From Alphaproteobacteria bacterium 43-37 (GTDB taxonomy: Bacteria; Pseudomonadota; Alphaproteobacteria; 43-37): 64,000 bases of DNA. Below the pieces are notes generated by a model. The model did not search any database. It saw nothing but the letters and a program-made list of their open reading frames with translations, and was not told the origin of the DNA. A program made the position numbers and the translations under genes. The stretch spans positions 43,380 to 107,379 of the forward strand of contig MKSY01000019.1 of the NCBI GenBank assembly GCA_001897475.1, read 5' to 3'. Shown here piece by piece: positions 1-7,762 of the stretch (positions are counted from its first letter, which is position 1; each line of letters opens with the position of its first letter).

Positions 1-322
1 CTTCCTGCGGCATACCCATAGGAATGCTAGCCAAGGCTCGATGCAAGTTATCACCGACCACGAGAACTTCACGGGCAAATTGCGCTAAAGCATATTTTGC
101 CGTCTCCTCGCGATCCCTCTGAGCACGCTTATTCACATTCTCAACTTCAGCCAATGCCCTCAATAATTGATCCCTGGTTTGATCCAAAGTATGCTGCAAT
201 TGCTCAACTTGTGAAGCAGACTCAGCGTTTATATCTATGGATTGACCTTCACCCATATCCGTGGCCAAACTCTCGTTTTCATTTGCATTGTTCTTTATTT
301 TTTTCTCTTTTGACTCTTCCAT
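1..322 (-). CDS. grpE: Nucleotide exchange factor GrpE (5' part; continues beyond window start)
   Basis: Manual minus-strand translation from ATG at 322 (AAGGAG RBS upstream) gives MEESKEKK...RDQLLRALAEVENVNKRAQRDREETAKYALAQFAREVLVVGDNLHRAL, the GrpE coiled-coil signature. Lies directly downstream of hrcA. Not in the ORF track. Confidence 0.93.
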   Translation of the reverse strand, partial: MEESKEKKIKNNANENESLATDMGEGQSIDINAESASQVEQLQHTLDQTRDQLLRALAEVENVNKRAQRDREETAKYALAQFAREVLVVGDNLHRALASIPMGMPQE

Positions 323-355
323 CAATTTGCTCCTTGCTATCTTCTAGCCCGATTT

Positions 356-1390
356 TCAGGTGTTTATAAGTTTTGTCACAAGTTTAGCTGTAAAATCAAC
401 CATTGGAATAATGCGACTGTAATTCATACGTGCAGGCCCCACAACCCCGATAGCGCCAATAAACTTACGTTTGGCATTCATGTAAGGGGCGACCACGAAA
501 GAGCAACCCGCCACATGACAATACTTTGATTCAGCCCCAATAAATATTTGAACACCTTCGGCCGTTATAGATGCTTCAACCAAATCAACTAGGTTTTCCT
601 TCTCTTCAAGTACCTTATAGAGCGCCTTAATTTGCTCCAGCTCATCCACATGAGTTATATTTTGTAACAGCTGCGTTTGGCCTCTAATAATGAGTTCACT
701 ACTTTTTTCCGCCCAAGTTTTGAAGCCCACTTCTAGCAGTTGCGCAACCATCTTATTCAATTGGGTTTCATGTTGCTTAATCTCTCGGCTAATAGCTACC
801 TTCACCTCATCCAGGGACTTTCCATTGTAATGAGCATTGATATAGTTGGCCGCACGCGCTAAGTCCTCAGTCTGCGTCCCTTGTGGCAGGTCAATAATAC
901 GATTTTCAATCGTTCCATCTTCTGTCACCAAAACAACTAAACCTTGATGAGTAGAAAGTTGGACAAACTCTAACTGTCTCAATGTAACGTCAGTTTTGGC
1001 TGTGATGACCATACTTACACAACGAGAAAGCCCTGACAAAACTTGGGTGGCCTCCTCCAAGAGTGCTTCCTTAACTAAGTTGCTTTTAAGACATATCCGT
1101 TCAATTTCTTTTTTTTCAACCAATCCTAAATGACAAAACTCTAAGAGCCCATGAACAAATAGTCTAAGGCCTGCTTCTGTTGGCAAACGTCCAGCAGAAG
1201 TATGGGGCGAATAAAGCAAGCCAACACCGGACAAATGGGCCATCACATTGCGTACCGTGGCAGAAGAGACATCAAACCCTAGTTTTTGACAAACTGTTTT
1301 TGACCCAACAGGTTCTCCCGTCAGGATGTATTCATCCACTATATGGTGCAAAACAGCTTTGGACCTTCTATCCAAATCAATGCGCATCAA
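356..1390 (-). CDS. hrcA: Heat-inducible transcription repressor HrcA
   Basis: Motifs YILTGEPVGSK, SSATVRNVMA, PHTSAGRLPTEAGLRLFV, IGVVGPARMNY; adjacent to grpE. Confidence 0.97.
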   Translation of the reverse strand: MMRIDLDRRSKAVLHHIVDEYILTGEPVGSKTVCQKLGFDVSSATVRNVMAHLSGVGLLYSPHTSAGRLPTEAGLRLFVHGLLEFCHLGLVEKKEIERICLKSNLVKEALLEEATQVLSGLSRCVSMVITAKTDVTLRQLEFVQLSTHQGLVVLVTEDGTIENRIIDLPQGTQTEDLARAANYINAHYNGKSLDEVKVAISREIKQHETQLNKMVAQLLEVGFKTWAEKSSELIIRGQTQLLQNITHVDELEQIKALYKVLEEKENLVDLVEASITAEGVQIFIGAESKYCHVAGCSFVVAPYMNAKRKFIGAIGVVGPARMNYSRIIPMVDFTAKLVTKLINT

Positions 1391-1574
1391 AATCCCCTTA
1401 GCTTTAGACTAAGAACTATACACAACTTGACCATTAAAATCCAGAAAATCATTATTATTTTAGGGATTGTACCCCAATATTATAATACCCGAGAGATTAA
1501 TGCGGTAGGATTTAATCTTGGGTGTTGGTGGGCGCTATAGGATTCGAACCTATGACCACCTGATTAAAAGTCAG
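1283..1574. repeat. 292-bp direct repeat, copy 1 (hrcA 5' end, upstream intergenic region and 3' part of tRNA-Lys)
   Basis: Matches 4431..4722 (offset 3148) with about 5 mismatches by manual alignment. Confidence 0.95.
1526..1574 (-). other. att site: 3' 49 nt of tRNA-Lys(TTT)
   Basis: Identical to the 3' end of the full tRNA at 4674..4722; similarity stops at the anticodon stem; integrase remnant starts 30 bp away. Confidence 0.88.
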
Positions 1575-1603
1575 TTATTTATTGTGTACCCAGACATTTC
1601 TGT

Positions 1604-2026
1604 ATGCGCGTAAAACTGACCAAGAAACTGATTGATGCCAGCTCCCCTGCTTTAAGGAGAGAAAAGCTTGTTTTGTGGGATTCAAGCCTGCGTGGCTTTG
1701 GCATTGTTATTCGCTCTAGCGGTAAGAAGACCTATTGCATCCAATATCGTGATGCTCGAAACGCCCTTAAGCGCCTATCCATAGGCGAACATGGGTTGAT
1801 CACTTTGGATGAAGCAAGGTTAGCCGCCCAAAAACTCTTATCCCAATACAAATCTGGCGAACTTGTTGAAGCTCGGGTAAAAAACAACATCTTCTTTGAT
1901 CAATTGGCGGAATCCTACTTGAACAAGCACTCTTTACAATACAAAAGAGATAAAAGTGTTTTGGAAGATAAACGCCTCATCAACCAATTCTTGCTTGTCA
2001 CTTTGCGTTTAAGAATTAGAGATTAA
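1604..2026 (+). pseudogene. Truncated tyrosine integrase (arm-DNA-binding N-terminal domain only)
   Basis: KLTKKLID...LWDSSLRGFGIVIRSSGKKTYCIQYR...KRLSIGEHGLITLDEAR is typical of the P4-type/Arm-DNA-bind_3 N-terminus; stops at 140 aa with no catalytic domain. Confidence 0.85.
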
Positions 2027-2190
2027 TAGCCTATTCCCTAAGTAAGAGAAAATCTACCACTTTTATAATGATTCGTTTTTTATCAATTGCTTAGATAACA
2101 TTGGCGTATATTAAGCTCAATCGTTGTTGCATTTGCTCAATAGTTATGCTAGGTTACGCTTACGTTTTCCCCTAGCTTGTATGGAGTCAA

Positions 2191-2688
2191 ATGATGCGAA
2201 TTTCTTCCTGTCTGTTTGCAGCTGTTTTGTGTCTTGTATCCCAAAATGCCTTATCTTACGTTGTACCCGATGAAGCCCTTAACTTAAGCAAGCTTCCCCA
2301 TTGCCCACCTTCACGAATCTCCTATCAGGATATACCAAGCTCGTTTGAGGGAGATGCAATCAAAGAAAGACCAAAATATTATATGAGCCAACTCATCGGG
2401 ATTAAGGCGAGTGATGAACCTCCCTATGAGGCCATTAAAGACCCTTCTTTAACATCGAAACTAGAGGATTTTACTGTTAAAATGCTGCAGCTTTTTGATG
2501 AGAACGATACGTGTGATAAAGTTGGTATTTTATATATAGCTCGCTTTCAAAAGTATTTTTGTCCCAATACAGAAGCTTTCAGAGACCTTTCCTCAAAATC
2601 AAAAGGTATTGTTGCAACTTTCTTCAGGTACAATAAAGAAGTTTACCAGCAGGCAAAAGAAGTATCTGGGTGCCATTTTGATATGTAA
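2191..2688 (+). CDS. Hypothetical secreted protein (island cargo)
   Basis: 165-aa ORF, GGAG RBS, signal-peptide-like N-terminus (SCLFAAVLCLVSQNALS); no family recognised. Confidence 0.7.
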   Translation: MMRISSCLFAAVLCLVSQNALSYVVPDEALNLSKLPHCPPSRISYQDIPSSFEGDAIKERPKYYMSQLIGIKASDEPPYEAIKDPSLTSKLEDFTVKMLQLFDENDTCDKVGILYIARFQKYFCPNTEAFRDLSSKSKGIVATFFRYNKEVYQQAKEVSGCHFDM

Positions 2689-2716
2689 TGGCAATTTATT
2701 ATTAAAAAAAGTCAAC

Positions 2717-4096
2717 ATGAATCTTAAAGTTTTTATCGTGTTTCTAGGAGGCATTCTTTTCTGTGGCGATGTTGCTTTTGCTCAGAAATTGCCTTCCGTG
2801 TCGTTGCTGTTGGAAGCTTACCAAGATACTCGAAGCTATGGTAATGTAACCTGGCTGACGACCCATAATGCCTTTGCCAATTATGAAGATGGTTGGAGGT
2901 ATGCTCAGCAAGTCATGCGTATTTCTCAACAGTTTGAGTATGGCGTAAGGGGCTTTATGGTAGATTTGCATTGGCATGATCCTGATGGCAGCCCCTCTTC
3001 AAACTCCTATCTCGCCCTTTGTCACAATGCGTGCGGAATGGCGCCTATCGCTGGGATAACATCGCTAGTGCCACTCATGAAGGCTATTGATTTTTTTAAA
3101 GAGATAGAGAGGCTCTTGCGACACAACTCCCGTGAAATCATCACGCTTTATATTGAAAGTTACACAGCACCTAAAGAAAGACCTGCCCCCACAGGATGGC
3201 GTGCTCTTAACGCTCTTTTGGAAGCTGCTGGGCTTAACGGGCACCTTAATACGATAAACCCAAACGATCCAAATCTAACTTTAGAAGGCATGAGAAAAGG
3301 CAACAAACGGCTTGTTCTATTTAGTGATAAGCGAGAAGATACTGTGGATCCTCATAGTCCCGAGATAACTACGGGCATTTTTTATGTTGGAGAGTACCGA
3401 GAGACTAAGTATAGCCTCTTTGCATCACCGGGGTGCGAGAGAAGAGGCGATGGCCGAGCCCAAGGTTTAGATAAAAACCTATTGATCATGAACCATTTTC
3501 ATACAATATCTTACCCAGCCGCCTCAAAGGACTATAATCATATTAATGGTTACAGCATGATCGCTCGAAGGGTCAATCTTTGCCGCACTCAAGAGCAGTT
3601 ATTTCCAACAGCTGTCGTGGTAGATTTTGTGGAAGAAGGACGTTTTGGTGGCGCAAGAGAAGCGGTTATTGCCATTAACCAAGCAAGAGAGAGAGGCAAT
3701 ATCTCGATTCTCATAGAAGATTATCAAAAAATCAGCCGGGCAAGCTGCAGCGAAGTTGTTCCAGGTCGCGGGATAGAAACGCTCAACCCATGGCTAAATC
3801 GGGCGGGGGCGACTCTTTCAACAGTGTGCGCAGCTGGCTCTTATTACTATCCGCCGCTTTCATGGTGCGCAGCAGCCTTTGGGAGTGTAACAGCTGGGTC
3901 TTGGCTACATGAACACTCATCTTTGAGTCATTACATTCCTGCTTCGTATACGCCTGCTTTTTATCTGAGTGGCGGCATTGTTTTGTTTTCTGCACTGTAT
4001 TCTATGCACCCTGTCTACCTGTTTGTAGGGCTTATGCGGCAGCACCCCATCTATTTAGTTCAACAAGCTCAACGACAAAGGCTTCATCGTGACTAG
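2717..4096 (+). CDS. PI-PLC X-domain-like phosphodiesterase with signal peptide and hydrophobic C-terminal segments
   Basis: WLTTHNAF, ISQQFEYGVRGFMVDLH, LCH, REIITLYIE and VDF motifs of the PLC-like TIM barrel; likely start ATG 2717 (MNLKVFIVFLGG...AFA). Confidence 0.8.
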   Translation: MNLKVFIVFLGGILFCGDVAFAQKLPSVSLLLEAYQDTRSYGNVTWLTTHNAFANYEDGWRYAQQVMRISQQFEYGVRGFMVDLHWHDPDGSPSSNSYLALCHNACGMAPIAGITSLVPLMKAIDFFKEIERLLRHNSREIITLYIESYTAPKERPAPTGWRALNALLEAAGLNGHLNTINPNDPNLTLEGMRKGNKRLVLFSDKREDTVDPHSPEITTGIFYVGEYRETKYSLFASPGCERRGDGRAQGLDKNLLIMNHFHTISYPAASKDYNHINGYSMIARRVNLCRTQEQLFPTAVVVDFVEEGRFGGAREAVIAINQARERGNISILIEDYQKISRASCSEVVPGRGIETLNPWLNRAGATLSTVCAAGSYYYPPLSWCAAAFGSVTAGSWLHEHSSLSHYIPASYTPAFYLSGGIVLFSALYSMHPVYLFVGLMRQHPIYLVQQAQRQRLHRD

Positions 4097-4177
4097 ACTG
4101 CGCAGCTGAAAGATAAGTGTGCCCTGGTAGATCAAGCGATTCTAGTCTAAAATTCTCAAAAAAAGAACATTGACAAT

Positions 4178-4430
4178 CTAGTCGGCTGTTAAAAAAGGAT
4201 TGGCTGGAGGGATGTCTGGCAAGAAGGCTGGATGAGGTTTGAGATGAGAGAGCGGAAGAAGGCTAAAAAGAAGCCTGATCCACCTGAGCAAGAGGAGGAA
4301 GTTGTGACCGATGGCGGATAGAAGAGCGTTCATCTTGTCTCCGGCTCTTCCTTTCAGGTAATTGCGCCCTAAATGACCATCATTCTTCATATGTCCAATC
4401 ACAGCTTCCTCAACCGATCGGCGTTTCAGC
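4178..4430 (-). mobile_element. IS5-family transposase C-terminal remnant with element end
   Basis: KRRSVEEAVIGHMKNDGHLGRNYLKGRAGDKMNALLSAIGHNF...FLTAD* resembles IS5-type transposase C-termini; the stop codon lies in CTAG (4178-4181); the 5' part is missing. Confidence 0.8.
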
Positions 4431-4722
4431 TTTTTGACAAATTGTTTTTGACCCAACAGGTTCTCCCGTCAGGATGTATTCATCCACTACATGGTGCAAA
4501 ACAGCTTTGGACCTTCTATCCAAATCAATGCGCATCAAAATCCCCTTAGCTTTAGACTAAGAACTATACACAACTTGACCATTAAAATCCAGAAAATCAT
4601 TATTATTTTAGGGATTGCCCCCCAATGTTATAATACCCGAGAGATTAATGCGGTAGGATTTAATCTTGGGTGTTGGTGGGCGCTATAGGATTCGAACCTA
4701 TGACCACCTGATTAAAAGTCAG
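4431..4722. repeat. 292-bp direct repeat, copy 2 (includes a 36-codon hrcA 5' fragment)
   Basis: Near-identical to 1283..1574. Confidence 0.95.
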
Positions 4723-4749
4723 ATGCTCTACCAACTGAGCTAAGCGCCC
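4674..4749 (-). tRNA. tRNA-Lys(TTT)
   Basis: Reverse complement GGGCGCTTAGCTCAGTTGGTAGAGCATCTGACTTTTAATCAGGTGGTCATAGGTTCGAATCCTATAGCGCCCACCA: cloverleaf, anticodon TTT, CCA end. Confidence 0.97.
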
Positions 4750-4824
4750 GCTTGGGACAAGATAAGGATTTTGCCCTCAAAGGTCAACAATTAGATCGAT
4801 GTATGACATTTGTAAATATAAAAA

Positions 4825-5109
4825 CTACATCGCCATGCGCATTGTTTCATTATAACCGGTTACAACACGGTCACGAATACCCACAATTGTGTTCATCGCT
4901 GCCTCAGCATTATTAATGGCCACAAGGGTTGCAAGCACATCGATCTGATCGCTTGCAGTTTTTGACATAGCATTTTCCCCTACTTTCATCGTACCAACCG
5001 CTTGATCTAAGATATTTTTAAAATTTTCCCCCAATCGGTCAATGGCTGCTTTATGAGCATCCCCAATAATATGTGTGGAAGGTGCGCCTGCTTTTTCGAT
5101 TACACTCAT
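4825..5109 (-). CDS. fliE: Flagellar hook-basal body protein FliE
   Basis: C-terminal AINNAEAAMNTIVGIRDRVVTGYNETMRMAM; follows flgC. Confidence 0.9.
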   Translation of the reverse strand: MSVIEKAGAPSTHIIGDAHKAAIDRLGENFKNILDQAVGTMKVGENAMSKTASDQIDVLATLVAINNAEAAMNTIVGIRDRVVTGYNETMRMAM

Positions 5110-5140
5110 CTTCTTCTCCTAAATATTTCCATTACACCCC

Positions 5141-5587
5141 TTAAGACCCTTTAAGGGCATCAATGGTTTGGGTTTGCATACTATTGGCCGATTGATAAAC
5201 TTTTAAATTCGCGTCATGGGATTGCGTGGCTTCACGTACATCCATCATCTCGATCAACGTATTAACATTTGTTTTCTTCACAAACCCTTGTTCATCAGCA
5301 CCAGGGTCATTAGGCCGGTGAACCTTATGCAACTCAGATTTATCTCTGCCTACATTATCCACCACAATTAAATCCATGCCCAAATCTCGATCAAATACAT
5401 TTTTAAAACTAACGGTTTTTCGCCGGTAAGGATCAACGCCAGGCGCAGGAGATGTTGAATCTCCATGGGCCACGTTCTCGGATAAAACACGCAAACGAAC
5501 CGTTTGCGCATGCATCGCCGCAGCCGCAGATACTTGGGCTTTTCTAAGATTAGATACTGAACTTGAAACTGAACTTGAACCGGCCAT
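5141..5587 (-). CDS. flgC: Flagellar basal-body rod protein FlgC
   Basis: RLRVLSENVAH..ST, PYRRKTVSF, PGADEQGFVKKTNVNTLIEMMD. Confidence 0.95.
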   Translation of the reverse strand: MAGSSSVSSSVSNLRKAQVSAAAAMHAQTVRLRVLSENVAHGDSTSPAPGVDPYRRKTVSFKNVFDRDLGMDLIVVDNVGRDKSELHKVHRPNDPGADEQGFVKKTNVNTLIEMMDVREATQSHDANLKVYQSANSMQTQTIDALKGS

Positions 5588-5619
5588 CTTTTTCTCCTAA
5601 AAAATAAAACCTGCTTAAG

Positions 5620-6018
5620 TTATTTGCCAAGAGCTATACTGAGCATTTTGTATTGCCTCCTATAAAGATTAAGCATTTCAGCATATTGATTTTGAGTTTC
5701 AGAAACTTTGAGCATTTCTTCTTCCAGAATAACACCATTGCCAACATCATGGTTGGTTTTTACCTTATCTTGATTAACCTTGAATTCACCCACATGAACA
5801 CGAGTTGTTAAGGCAATGTGCCGAGGATGCGTGGTATTAACTCCACCCAATCTTATTCCAGATGGAGTTTTTTCTGATTTAAAATCTTCGATTGTACCAG
5901 GTGTAAAACTGGGCGTATCAGCGTGCGCAACATTGTTCGCTGTAATTTTCTGTTTTTGAGCAAGCCACTGTAATTTGCGAACCATTAATTGATTCGTTTT
6001 TGTGTCGTGCACCGTCAT
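5620..6018 (-). CDS. flgB: Flagellar basal-body rod protein FlgB
   Basis: QKITANNVAHADTPSF, GNGVILEEEMLK; flgB-flgC-fliE order. Confidence 0.93.
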   Translation of the reverse strand: MTVHDTKTNQLMVRKLQWLAQKQKITANNVAHADTPSFTPGTIEDFKSEKTPSGIRLGGVNTTHPRHIALTTRVHVGEFKVNQDKVKTNHDVGNGVILEEEMLKVSETQNQYAEMLNLYRRQYKMLSIALGK

Positions 6019-6098
6019 TTTTAACCACCTTTAATACGATCCTACATTTACTCTTACATAAAAATACCCTAAGATTCCGTTAAACAGGGGGCCATTTA

Positions 6099-6329
6099 AT
6101 GCTATATTTAACGCGAAAAGTTGGTGAAACTGTAGTCATCAACAAAAATATTCGCATTACTGTCGTTGAAATGCGGGGCAAAAATATTAAGCTCGGCTTT
6201 GAGTTTCCCCCTGAAGTATCCGTCCTTCGTCAAGAACTTTATGAGAAAATTAAAAGTGAAAATCAGCAAGCTCTCTCTCTCGAGCTGGATAATTTCATTG
6301 AGGGGAAGATAAATGACAGCCATTCATGA
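6099..6329 (+). CDS. csrA: Carbon storage regulator CsrA/RsmA
   Basis: MLYLTRKVGETVVINKNIRITVVEMRGKNIKLGFEFPPEVSVLRQELYEKIKSENQQA follows the CsrA consensus over its whole length. Confidence 0.93.
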   Translation: MLYLTRKVGETVVINKNIRITVVEMRGKNIKLGFEFPPEVSVLRQELYEKIKSENQQALSLELDNFIEGKINDSHS

Positions 6330-6615
6330 GCAAATTGTTCGTTTAAACGATGCTATCCAGGCCCGCATTGACAACCCAGACTATGATATTGACATCAAGT
6401 CACTTGCTGATGATTTGGTAGCATATGTTTTTGAATTACAAGCGGAACAAAGAGAGGCTCTCAAAGAACAACTTCTTGGAACTTTAGCCCTTCTTAAAGC
6501 TATGGAAAACCGCCTTCTCCAGGAGAAAACAAAAATCCACAACTCATTACAAGAGCTTTCTGCGCAACAAGCTCTCGAGAAAGCTTACACTCAAAATCAG
6601 GAAGAGGAGACTTAA
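6313..6615 (+). CDS. Hypothetical helical protein, possibly a FliT-like flagellar chaperone
   Basis: 100-aa helical ORF overlapping the csrA end; C-terminal QQALEKAY; flagellar context. Confidence 0.6.
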   Translation: MTAIHEQIVRLNDAIQARIDNPDYDIDIKSLADDLVAYVFELQAEQREALKEQLLGTLALLKAMENRLLQEKTKIHNSLQELSAQQALEKAYTQNQEEET

Positions 6616-6627
6616 GGTCAATTTTTC

Positions 6628-6903
6628 ATGATTGTTACTCTTGTTCTAACCCTTGCACTTATTATCCTTCTCATTTTTGGGCTTAAATGGCTTATCTTAA
6701 AAACCAAAAGCAAATTTTGGAAGGATGACATCGGCCAGGATATTCACATCAAGCAAATTAAACGCCTAGACGACAGAAGAGCTCTTTACCTTATTGAAGA
6801 AAATGGTATGGAGCATTTGCTATTGTTGGGACCACAAAATGAACGCGTAATCCAAAGCAGACCCATAGGCATAACTCTAAAGCAGTGCAAGGTGGATTTA
6901 TGA
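6628..6903 (+). CDS. fliO: Flagellar biosynthesis protein FliO
   Basis: N-terminal TM helix, then IKQIKRLDDRRALYLIEENGMEHLLLLG; overlaps the fliP start (ATGA). Confidence 0.82.
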   Translation: MIVTLVLTLALIILLIFGLKWLILKTKSKFWKDDIGQDIHIKQIKRLDDRRALYLIEENGMEHLLLLGPQNERVIQSRPIGITLKQCKVDL

Positions 6904-7661
6904 GCACAACCGCTGGTTTACAAATCAAGACTTTTGGCAAGGCTCTCGTCTTATTTTCATGCATTATTGTTGCGCTAATCATTCCAGTTGAATCCCTTGG
7001 CTTTAGCATTGATTTTGATTCTGAAGCGCCTTCTAACACCACTCGTTTTCTCCAACTCATCGCAGTTTTTACAGTTTTAAGCGTTGCACCGTCGTTACTT
7101 ATTATGGTGACTTCCTTCACAAGGCTTGTCGTTGTCTTATCCTTCCTTCGCAATGCATTGGGTATGCAACAATCACCACCAAACCCAGTGCTTATCAGTT
7201 TGGCATTATTCATGACTTTCTTCATTATGTCGCCTGTTCTGGAAAAGTCCTACACAGATGGAATTGCGCCCTACACAGAAGGCTCCATCAGCGGGGAGGA
7301 AGCTTGGAAAAAATCAACCGCTCCTTTTCATGGTTTTATGTCCAAACATGCCCGAGAAAAGGACATCAAACTATTCCTAGATCTGTCTGGCCGCCCAGCT
7401 CCAGCCGAAGCAAAGGATATCCCTTTAACCACTCTCATTCCTGCTTTCATGATCAGTGAACTACGACGCGCTTTTGAAATCGGCTTCCTGTTGTTTATTC
7501 CATTTTTGATCATTGACCTTGTTGTTGCCTCAGTTCTGATGTCCATGGGTATGATGATGGTTCCTCCCATCATGATTGCCTTGCCTTTTAAGGTTATCTT
7601 TTTTGTCCTTGTCGATGGTTGGCACTTAGTTGTAGGCAGCCTAGTGAAGGGATTCTCATAG
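6900..7661 (+). CDS. fliP: Flagellar export pore protein FliP
   Basis: MVTSFTRLVVVLSFLRNALGMQQSPPN, LIPAFMISEL, LPFKVIFFVLVDGW. Confidence 0.97.
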   Translation: MSTTAGLQIKTFGKALVLFSCIIVALIIPVESLGFSIDFDSEAPSNTTRFLQLIAVFTVLSVAPSLLIMVTSFTRLVVVLSFLRNALGMQQSPPNPVLISLALFMTFFIMSPVLEKSYTDGIAPYTEGSISGEEAWKKSTAPFHGFMSKHAREKDIKLFLDLSGRPAPAEAKDIPLTTLIPAFMISELRRAFEIGFLLFIPFLIIDLVVASVLMSMGMMMVPPIMIALPFKVIFFVLVDGWHLVVGSLVKGFS

Positions 7662-7762
7662 AATGATTTCAATAACTTCTCACGCTTTATTGGTTTTTTA
7701 TTCTTGCCACTTTTGATTGAATTTGCAACTTTCCTTATATGGTTAATAATCCGGAGCAAAAA

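Larger units (their letters stand above)
1526..4722. mobile_element. Decayed genomic island integrated at tRNA-Lys
   Basis: Duplicated tRNA 3' end at both boundaries, truncated tyrosine integrase, IS remnant and two cargo genes. Confidence 0.82.

Noticed and set aside
1391-1525. CIRCE operator upstream of hrcA
   Set aside because: No TTAGCACTC-N9-GAGTGCTAA or close variant seen in either repeat copy.
1343-1540. Near-identical 65-aa ORFs at 1343 and 4491
   Set aside because: By-products of the direct repeat; antisense to the hrcA start and the tRNA end.
1526-1574. Second functional tRNA-Lys
   Set aside because: Only the 3' 49 nt are present; D-arm and 5' acceptor strand are missing.
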